Positions 16,579 through 23,693 of a DNA stretch of 24,000 nucleotides are shown here, in pieces (positions within the stretch are counted from its first letter, which is position 1; each line of letters begins with the position of its first letter). The notes beneath the pieces are model-generated. The model ran no database searches. It saw nothing but the letters and a program-made list of their open reading frames with translations, and was not told the DNA's origin. Made by a program: the position numbers and the translations under genes. The DNA lies in NCBI GenBank assembly GCA_964452285.1, contig CAYVKW010000006.1:7960-31959 (forward strand), read 5' to 3'. The stretch is from an uncultured Pseudomonadales bacterium. Lineage in GTDB: Bacteria > Patescibacteriota > Microgenomatia > UBA1400 > PJMF01.

Positions 16579-17791
16579 ACTTAATTTAGTTGTCTATGGA
16601 GTACTGCTGGCGGCATTAGCTTGGTGGAGTTGGATTTTGACCGCGCCAAATTTAGTTTTATCAACTTGGGCGCCTTATTGGAATTGGCAAAATTGGATGT
16701 GGCAAACTTTTTATGCTAATAGAGCGTTAATCTGTGTTCTTTATGCGGCCATAATTTCAGCTTTATTAATCATTTTCTGGAAAATAACCAAGGAACAAAA
16801 GTTTGCCCGACCAAAACATTTTTTGGTAACGATGTGTGTAACGGCTTTGCCTTTACTGTTTTCATTTAACGCTCTGTCCTTTGATGTTTTCAATTATCTA
16901 TTTAATGCAAAAATGGTGGCCGTCTATCATGCCAATCCTCACGAACAAGTGGCGCTTGATTTTAGCAGCGATCCTTGGACTCGATTTATGCATAACACGC
17001 ACACAGCGGCACCATATGGTTATGCGTGGACGGGAATTTCTTTGATTCCATTTTATTTAAGCGGCGGTAAATTTGCTAGCGCCTGGCTAATGACAAGAGG
17101 GGGCAATTTTCTTTTATTAATCGCGACCGGAATTTTGATGTGCAAATGGCAAAAGAAAATTGCCGGAAAATATGACTTCAAAAGTTTGGCTTTATTCTTT
17201 TTTAACCCTTTAGTGTTGATAGAATTATTAATGAATATGCACAATGATTTATGGATGATGTGGCCAGCGCTATGGGCGCTTTATCTCATTTATCCAAGTC
17301 AAAAAAATGGAGAATGGACAAAAGTCAAAGCGGGAAAAATAATGCTATCGGCGGCAGCGCTGTTTTTTTCGATGACGATTAAATATTCCACTTTAACATT
17401 GTTGCCAGTGTGGTTATTTTTATTAATTTTACCGTGGCTCAAAAAAAATAAATTGATGAAAATAAAAAAACTCGCTTATACTTATATTTTTGACGGCGCA
17501 GCCGGATTAATGTTTTTGCCCTTGTTGACCAGTAGAGCGCAATTATTTCATCCGTGGTATTTACTTTGGAGTTTAAGTTTCTTGCCGTTTTGTAAAAGTA
17601 AAATAGTTCAGACTAGCTTACTGATTTTGAGTGCAACTTCATTATATCGTTACTTGCCCAATTTATGGGTCAACGGATATGAGACAGAAACACTTTTTTA
17701 TCAACAATTAATAACTATAGTGCCATTATTATTTTACTTAATAGGAATCTATGCGCACAAGGTGCTACTTTATGTCCAGAAAAATAAATAA
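16568..17791 (+). CDS. Polytopic membrane protein, probable GT-C glycosyltransferase (DUF2029/GT87-like)
   Basis: About 11 hydrophobic segments with an early loop SFDVFNYLFNAK (acidic plus aromatic, GT-C style). The gene is embedded between GT genes. ATG 16568 overlaps the upstream stop (caatATGaaaaaTAA). Confidence 0.55.
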   Translation: MKNKLNLVVYGVLLAALAWWSWILTAPNLVLSTWAPYWNWQNWMWQTFYANRALICVLYAAIISALLIIFWKITKEQKFARPKHFLVTMCVTALPLLFSFNALSFDVFNYLFNAKMVAVYHANPHEQVALDFSSDPWTRFMHNTHTAAPYGYAWTGISLIPFYLSGGKFASAWLMTRGGNFLLLIATGILMCKWQKKIAGKYDFKSLALFFFNPLVLIELLMNMHNDLWMMWPALWALYLIYPSQKNGEWTKVKAGKIMLSAAALFFSMTIKYSTLTLLPVWLFLLILPWLKKNKLMKIKKLAYTYIFDGAAGLMFLPLLTSRAQLFHPWYLLWSLSFLPFCKSKIVQTSLLILSATSLYRYLPNLWVNGYETETLFYQQLITIVPLLFYLIGIYAHKVLLYVQKNK

Positions 17792-19343
17792 GTTCCAGCT
17801 AGCAATTATAATTTTAAGCGGTATTTATCTATTGTGGCGATTACTTAATTTGACAATATTGCCAATTTTTGCCGATGAAGCAATTTATATTCGTTGGTCG
17901 CAACTAATTATTTCTGATTGGAAACAATATTTATTTTTTCCACTGAATGATGGAAAAACACCACTACAAATGTGGCTAATGGTGCCATTACTAAAAGTTT
18001 TCAAGGATCAATTATTTGCTGGAAGACTACTGTCGGTGTTATTTGGTTTGGGACAAGTTTTAATGATGATAAAGATGATGTCGTTATTCACAACAAGGAA
18101 AAGATGGCAGTTATTGGCAGGCATAATTACGATTTTAACACCAGGATTGATTTTGACTGGAAGGTTAGCATTAATTGATACACAATTAACGTTTTTTCTG
18201 GCAGTAAGTTTCTATTGGGCTTATAAAGCTTTAGAAAAAATGAAAGCAGATAATGAAGAAAAAGAAGAAAGAGGCGCTGAAAAAAGTCAGTGGAAATGGA
18301 AAGAGATTTTGACGCCGGCGCTTTTTTTCAGCGCTGGGGCATTTGGTTTAGCAATGTTAACTAAATTTTCAGCGATTTTATTTTTGCCAGTTTTAGTGAC
18401 TTTGTTACTTTATTTTTGGCCAACAAAATTTACTTGGAAAAAAGCCGATTGGCAATTGCCGATTAAAATGTTATTAGTATTGATAAGCATTGGTTTTTTA
18501 GGCGGTTGTATTTTCTTACTCTTAGCTGTACATCCAGCTTTTCCGCAACTGTTCTCGCGGGGAGGAGATTTCCTTTATTCGATTAAAGATTTTTTTGTTC
18601 AGCCAGGACAAATTATAAATAAAAATTGGTTATCGTTTATAGAAACAATGAGTACTTATTTAACAACGGTATTATTTTATTTTAGTATTGTCTTAGCAAT
18701 TTTCTTTTGGCCACAAGATCGAAGGCCAATGTGGCTACTGATAAGCGGCTTAGCTTTTAGCGCACCAATGATAATTTTGGGACAAGTCATTCATGGTCGC
18801 TATTTATTACCAGCACTACCGTTTTTTATTCTCAGTTTCACTTTGAGCCTAATGTATTTACGTGGGAAAATGGGAAGGTTGGTAAAAATAGTTTTGCTCA
18901 GTTTATTTTTGGCTTTGGGCGGATATTTTACTTATAATAGCGTGGCGGCGCCAGCAAAGATGCTTTTGTCGCGAGATGATCAAATACAATATTTGCAAGA
19001 ATGGTCATCTGGTTATGGTATAGAAGAAACGATTGCCTTAATCGAAAAGCTCAGAAGTCAAAAGCAAACGCTAGTGCTAACGGAGGGGTTTTTTGGCACG
19101 CTGCCAGATGCGCTCCTAGCTTATTATTTTAATCGAGAGGTAACGAATTTAAAAATAGAAGGTATTGGTCAACCGATTTATAATTGGGAAAAATATCAAG
19201 ATTTAATTGATCAATATCCACAGGCAATTTTGGTAGTAAACTCACACCGAATGTTTGCGAAGTTGCCAAGCGAAAAATTGCTGGGCAATTTTTCGCGTCC
19301 CCTACCCGACTCACCATCGTTACAGGTTTGGAACTTGAAATAA
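17772..19343 (+). CDS. GT-C fold membrane glycosyltransferase (GT39/ArnT/PMT_2-like), second copy
   Basis: First periplasmic loop FADEAIYIRWSQ (the DE..Y motif of ArnT/PMT enzymes), a polytopic N-terminal part and a soluble C-terminal domain. ATG 17772 overlaps the upstream gene by 20 nt. Confidence 0.75.
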   Translation: MSRKINKFQLAIIILSGIYLLWRLLNLTILPIFADEAIYIRWSQLIISDWKQYLFFPLNDGKTPLQMWLMVPLLKVFKDQLFAGRLLSVLFGLGQVLMMIKMMSLFTTRKRWQLLAGIITILTPGLILTGRLALIDTQLTFFLAVSFYWAYKALEKMKADNEEKEERGAEKSQWKWKEILTPALFFSAGAFGLAMLTKFSAILFLPVLVTLLLYFWPTKFTWKKADWQLPIKMLLVLISIGFLGGCIFLLLAVHPAFPQLFSRGGDFLYSIKDFFVQPGQIINKNWLSFIETMSTYLTTVLFYFSIVLAIFFWPQDRRPMWLLISGLAFSAPMIILGQVIHGRYLLPALPFFILSFTLSLMYLRGKMGRLVKIVLLSLFLALGGYFTYNSVAAPAKMLLSRDDQIQYLQEWSSGYGIEETIALIEKLRSQKQTLVLTEGFFGTLPDALLAYYFNREVTNLKIEGIGQPIYNWEKYQDLIDQYPQAILVVNSHRMFAKLPSEKLLGNFSRPLPDSPSLQVWNLK

Positions 19344-19355
19344 ATAATAAAAAGA

Positions 19356-20993
19356 TTAAGCGGAAATTTTTTGAGTTTGAGATAAGAATTCTTTGCTGGC
19401 TTGGAGCAGCGCCTGACGATTGTTTAAATCGCTGTCTTCCAAAACTAATTCAAGCAAATGATTGAGAATTTGGCCTAAAATAGGTCCGGGTTTCAAAGCG
19501 AACTCCGTCATTAAATCATGACCATCAATGGCTAAATCGCGAGTTTCCATGGGTTGATTGAGCTGTTCAATCATTCTTTGTTTCATTTCCTCTAAACGCC
19601 AGCTAGTTTTGCGAGCATTGCTGCCAAGACGATCAGATTCACGTAAATCCAAGATATCGTTGAGATTTTCCAAACCAACTTGGCGCATGAAGCGGCGAAT
19701 GGAAGCATCGGTATTTTCCGGTTGATAGTAGAACATGTGCTGACGAACAAGGAGGAAAATACGGTCGGTATCGCGTTTACTCAAGTGCAAACGTTGAGCG
19801 ATTTTTTTGGCTAAATGAGCACCGACGACTTGATGATTGTAAAAAGTGTATTGACCACGAACCATTCGCTGAGTAGCTGGTTTGCCAACATCGTGTAATA
19901 AAGTAGCCAAGCGGACGATGGGATCAGAATTGGGGCAGCAAGCGAGAGCATCCAAAGAATGCACCCAAACATCGGTTAAGTGATGACCTGATTGAGCGAC
20001 GTCTTTCATCTCAATCAGTTCAGGCAAGAATTCTTTGAGCAAACCAGTTTCGTCTAAAAGCATGATGGCTTCGCGCGGAAAATGACTATGGAGCATTTTT
20101 AAGAATTCATCGCGAATCCTTTCCGCGCTAACTTGTCGTAATAAAGGAGCGCTTTGTTTGACAGCATCGTAAGTGAAATCGTCTAAAGCGAAATTAAGCT
20201 GGACACTAAAACGAACGGCGCGCAAAAGACGTAAAGGATCTTCGGTGAAACGTTTTTCTGGTTTACCAATAGCTTTGATAATACCGGCTTTAAGGTCCTG
20301 AAGGCCGTGATAATTATCAACTAATTCATAAGTGCCGGTACGGAGAGTGACTATTTTTTTGAGATTTTTTTGGCTGAAAATACAATCGAGCTGATCAAAG
20401 CTGAGAGTCAAAGCGAGAGCGTTAATGGTAAAATCACGACGAGATAAATCGTCGTCAATAGTTTCGCCCCACGATAAGGAGCGCGGAGAGCGAGAGGTGG
20501 CATCATAAACTTCCCCCATGCGATAAGTGGTAATTTCAAAATTGAGAGGTGGAGTCACTTCATTTGGCCACTGAGGTAAAACAAGAGAGGCATGGAGTTT
20601 GGTAGTGGCAGTAATGTCAATGCGATCATGGCGGCGACGACCGTCATTATGTGCCGAAGATGTCGAGTCTGCCTCGCCGCCAGACCAATCGTCGACCAAA
20701 AAACCTTCCGCTCGCATCAGAGCGAGAAGTTTTTCTTTAGTGATACTGACCGTACCGAAATCGTTTTCATAAAAACTTTCTGGAAAAACCTGTAAAATTT
20801 CTTCAGGTTTGGCATTGGTGGCAAAGTCAAAATCAAAATCTTTAAGCTCGGTTTTTTGTTCGGTCAAATCCATACCTTTGGCTAATAAGTCGCGGACGCT
20901 GCCGCCAACTAAAAAAGCTTCAAAGTGAGACTGTTGCAATTTCCACAAGATAAATAGGCTAGTAGTGGGCAAACTTAAGTCTGGTAAAGTCAT
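19356..20993 (-). CDS. cca: CCA-adding tRNA nucleotidyltransferase (class II, with HD domain)
   Basis: GGSVRDLL...DFDFAT, RRDFTINALA, the PolyA_pol RNA-binding region EDPLRLLRAVRF, and an HD domain (LLHDVGKP). Confidence 0.85.
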   Translation of the reverse strand: MTLPDLSLPTTSLFILWKLQQSHFEAFLVGGSVRDLLAKGMDLTEQKTELKDFDFDFATNAKPEEILQVFPESFYENDFGTVSITKEKLLALMRAEGFLVDDWSGGEADSTSSAHNDGRRRHDRIDITATTKLHASLVLPQWPNEVTPPLNFEITTYRMGEVYDATSRSPRSLSWGETIDDDLSRRDFTINALALTLSFDQLDCIFSQKNLKKIVTLRTGTYELVDNYHGLQDLKAGIIKAIGKPEKRFTEDPLRLLRAVRFSVQLNFALDDFTYDAVKQSAPLLRQVSAERIRDEFLKMLHSHFPREAIMLLDETGLLKEFLPELIEMKDVAQSGHHLTDVWVHSLDALACCPNSDPIVRLATLLHDVGKPATQRMVRGQYTFYNHQVVGAHLAKKIAQRLHLSKRDTDRIFLLVRQHMFYYQPENTDASIRRFMRQVGLENLNDILDLRESDRLGSNARKTSWRLEEMKQRMIEQLNQPMETRDLAIDGHDLMTEFALKPGPILGQILNHLLELVLEDSDLNNRQALLQASKEFLSQTQKISA

Positions 20994-21000
20994 ACTTTCT

Positions 21001-21023
21001 ATTATACAATATTATTGTATAAT
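21001..21023. promoter_or_regulatory. 10-bp perfect inverted repeat (3-bp spacer) carrying a TATAAT on each strand; back-to-back divergent promoters for cca and parB and/or an operator
   Basis: ATTATACAAT att ATTGTATAAT. The plus-strand TATAAT is at 21018-21023. The minus-strand TATAAT at 21006-21001 ends 7 nt before the cca ATG. Confidence 0.4.
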
Positions 21024-21074
21024 CAGGGAGAGCGAGGTAAAAAAATTTAATAACTTCAAAGAAGAGGAGCAGTT

Positions 21075-21944
21075 ATGGAATCAATTAAACACGGCAATTC
21101 ACAAGTAACTTTTTTAGAATTGGATAAATTACAGCCGAATCCTTTTCAACCCAGAGACAAAATCACTGAAGATGAAAATTTTTTAGAACTGGTGGAATCG
21201 GTAAAAACACATGGCGTTTTGGAACCACTGGTGGTAGTAGATACGCCAGCCGGTATGCATATTATTGCTGGCGAAAGACGTTGGCGGGCGGCGAAAAAAA
21301 ATGGTTTGGAAAAAGTGCCGGTGCACTTGATTAAAACGACGCCAAAAGGAATGCTAGAAATGGCAATCGTGGAAAATGTGCAAAGAGTAAATTTGTCAGC
21401 CCTAGAGAAAGCGCAAGCATTTTCGAGATTGGTAAATGAGTTTGGTTATACGCACGGAGAAATTGGGCAAAAAATTGGCAAATCGCGTTCCTACATCCAG
21501 TGCTCGATTTCCTTACTTGATTTGCCGGACCCAATTAAAGATGGACTGAACAAAGATTTGATTACAGAAGGACACGCAAGAGCGATTCTAACAGCTGGTA
21601 ATGAGAAAAATATGTTGGCGTGTTATAAATTAGTACTAGCAGAAAAGGCGAGCGTGAGACGAACGGAAGCGCTAGCACGTTTTTATCGCCGCCAAGACGA
21701 AATCCATAAACCAAAAAGCAAAAGAGTGGCGCCGGCGATTTTGGATGTCGACAAATATGTGCACAATTGGAAAAATGCTTGGCAACCACAGCTAAAATCA
21801 AAAGCCGCTTTTTCAATGATTGATAGTAATGCTGGCACTAAAATCATGATTACCCTACACGGAGAGCCAGAAGATAGACGAAAAGACTTAGACAAAATTG
21901 TCAATTTGGCAGGCTTGAATAAAAACAAAGACGAAGAAAGATAA
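21075..21944 (+). CDS. parB: ParB/Spo0J-family partition/CTPase protein (no adjacent parA)
   Basis: ParB N-terminal box LQPNPFQPR, arginine patch / CTP-binding GERRWRAA, HTH GEIGQKIGKSRSYIQCSISLL. SD AAGAGGAG lies 6 nt upstream of the ATG. Confidence 0.85.
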   Translation: MESIKHGNSQVTFLELDKLQPNPFQPRDKITEDENFLELVESVKTHGVLEPLVVVDTPAGMHIIAGERRWRAAKKNGLEKVPVHLIKTTPKGMLEMAIVENVQRVNLSALEKAQAFSRLVNEFGYTHGEIGQKIGKSRSYIQCSISLLDLPDPIKDGLNKDLITEGHARAILTAGNEKNMLACYKLVLAEKASVRRTEALARFYRRQDEIHKPKSKRVAPAILDVDKYVHNWKNAWQPQLKSKAAFSMIDSNAGTKIMITLHGEPEDRRKDLDKIVNLAGLNKNKDEER

Positions 21945-21969
21945 AAGACTCAGGTTTTGTTAAGCTTGT

Positions 21970-22557
21970 TTATTGCGCTTGAGTTTGAGTAGCGTGCGGA
22001 ATTAAACCCATAGTACTGAACGGCCAATAAGAAACATAAGCTCGGCCAATAATAGATTTTTTGGTAATGGGACCCCAATAGCGGGAGTCAGCAGAATTAG
22101 CGCGATTGTCGCCGCTGACAAAATACTGATCTTGAGTCAAAGTAATTTCGCGTTCGTCGAGAGTATAAGGACCGGGATTAGTCGTAACCGTGGGTGCTAA
22201 ATATTCGTTTTCGTCTAAGGCGACACCATTGACGTAGAACTTACCATCGGACACTTTGACGGTGTCGCCTGGCAAACCAATAATCCGTTTAATATAGTCA
22301 CAGCCGCTACCGATACAAGCTGAAGACGGAGCTTTGAAGACAATAATTTCTCCACGTTTAGGTTCACCAAAACGATAAGAAAGTTTTTCGGTCAGCAGAT
22401 ATTCGCCAGTTTGCAAAGTGGGATCCATAGAGTGACCATTAACTTGATGAGGTTGAGCCACAAAAATATAAATGACGAAAAAAATTGCCAAAGAAACAAC
22501 AATCGTTTCCACGAAATCCAAAACGCTGTTTACAATTTTATCTTTAGTAATAGTCAT
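21970..22557 (-). CDS. lepB: Signal peptidase I
   Basis: N-terminal TM anchor, catalytic Ser box GHSMDPTL, Lys box YIKRIIGLPGD, box E GDNRANSADSRYWG. Confidence 0.9.
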   Translation of the reverse strand: MTITKDKIVNSVLDFVETIVVSLAIFFVIYIFVAQPHQVNGHSMDPTLQTGEYLLTEKLSYRFGEPKRGEIIVFKAPSSACIGSGCDYIKRIIGLPGDTVKVSDGKFYVNGVALDENEYLAPTVTTNPGPYTLDEREITLTQDQYFVSGDNRANSADSRYWGPITKKSIIGRAYVSYWPFSTMGLIPHATQTQAQ

Positions 22558-22565
22558 AATCGCTT

Positions 22566-22574
22566 ATTATAACA
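22566..22574 (-). promoter_or_regulatory. Extended -10 element (TGtTATAAT, minus strand) ending 8 nt before the lepB ATG
   Basis: The minus strand reads TGTTATAATaagcgattATG. No SD lies between the box and the start codon. Confidence 0.35.
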
Positions 22575-22604
22575 CTTTTCTAGAAACAAAAACCAGACTC
22601 TCTT

Positions 22605-23495
22605 TTAAGGAGTAAATTTAACTTTGAACTCCAAAGTTTCTGATTGGTTACCGGCATCATCGCTAGCGCTAATGGCTAAATTATTGTCGCCGGCCTGTAA
22701 TAGATAAGTCAGTTCAAAATTGCCCTCATCGTCGGCAAAAGTTTTTTGGGTATTGACTAAAACAGTGGCTTTAGCTTCCGTACTACCACGGATAGTGAGC
22801 GATTTTTTGTCTTTGCCGACAATTTCGCTTTCTTGCTGAAGATTATCGATAACAATTTCTGGAATGCTTTGATCATAATTAATAGTATAAGTTTTGGTTA
22901 AATTTGATTCTAAGCCAGTCTGAGAAATCGTATAAGCTTGGAGAGTGTTGTCGCCCTCACGAAGACGGAAGGAGAAAGTGAAATCGCCATTGGCGCCGAC
23001 CGATAATAAATTGGCAGGTTCAGTGTCGTCATTGATAATGAACTGAACCTGGCTGTCCGCCGGCGCGAAACCGGTTAGAATCAATTCGTCAACATTGGTG
23101 TGCGCCGGTGGAGCATTGAAGGTCGGCGCCTGAGGTTTGATTTGTTTTTCTGGCGGTGTATAGTTAGCGCTGTTTTTAACTCCAGTGTAATGGACTAGAC
23201 CAGGAAAAATAGCGAATAAAAACAGCGCAATCAGACCGATAATAATAATTGCCAAAACGGCCACTTGAATTAAAAGAGAGCGGTTATTTTTACCCGCTGC
23301 TACAGAAGTCTGATCAAAAGAATGAGACGATTGACTTTGACTCAAACGAGAATTTGTTTCTTGCCCGACGGTGTTTTTTTGCAAACGAGAATAACCTAGA
23401 AACGAATTTTTAGAAGTTGAAGGCGAGACAGAAGAAGAGGCGGCCACAGTTTTTGTTTGCAAGCGCGATGGAGCTTGACGAGCGTTGTCAGTCAT
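22605..23495 (-). CDS. Membrane-anchored protein with two tandem Ig-like (bacterial Ig) extracytoplasmic repeats
   Basis: S/T/Q-rich N-terminus, one TM segment (LLIQVAVLAIIIIGLIALFLFAIF), then two ~75-aa repeats. These share the pattern ...V.V..N.....ADD.GNF......L..GDN.L...A.D.AGN (LREGDNTLQAYTISQTG / LQAGDNNLAISASDDAGN). Confidence 0.6.
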   Translation of the reverse strand: MTDNARQAPSRLQTKTVAASSSVSPSTSKNSFLGYSRLQKNTVGQETNSRLSQSQSSHSFDQTSVAAGKNNRSLLIQVAVLAIIIIGLIALFLFAIFPGLVHYTGVKNSANYTPPEKQIKPQAPTFNAPPAHTNVDELILTGFAPADSQVQFIINDDTEPANLLSVGANGDFTFSFRLREGDNTLQAYTISQTGLESNLTKTYTINYDQSIPEIVIDNLQQESEIVGKDKKSLTIRGSTEAKATVLVNTQKTFADDEGNFELTYLLQAGDNNLAISASDDAGNQSETLEFKVKFTP

Positions 23496-23569
23496 AGATA
23501 GTGTCTATTATAACGTGTCAATGGCTAAAAATCTAGCTTAGTGAATGGCTCAATTAAGTTTTTATTTAA

Positions 23570-23578
23570 TGATATAAT
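23570..23578 (+). promoter_or_regulatory. Extended -10 element (TGaTATAAT) upstream of hppA, implying a ~110-nt leader
   Basis: TGATATAAT at 23570-23578. The hppA ATG is at 23694, preceded by AAAGGAGG. Confidence 0.35.
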
Positions 23579-23693
23579 AAAGATCAAAATCGCACAAAAT
23601 GGACAAAACTAAAACCAAAAAGCTTGGTGAATAAGGATTGGCCAAAAAGCGATTGAGCTCTTTCACATCAACTATAAAAAAGGAGGAATTTTC

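Noticed and set aside
23507-23520. TTGACA followed by TATAAT on the minus strand upstream of the Ig-like protein gene, as a consensus -35/-10 pair
   Set aside because: The two hexamers are separated by only 3 nt instead of ~17, so they cannot act as one sigma-70 promoter. The TATAAT alone (11 nt from the ATG) may still be a -10, but I did not list it as a feature.
23579-23693. ~110-nt hppA leader as a possible riboswitch (for example a cation-responsive class), and the 7-bp direct repeat AATGGCT at ~23520 and ~23546
   Set aside because: I could find only weak, bulged pairings (GCUUGG/CCAAAAAGC) and no consensus I recognise from known riboswitch classes. The repeat is short enough to occur by chance. 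This would need covariance-model scanning (Rfam/Infernal).
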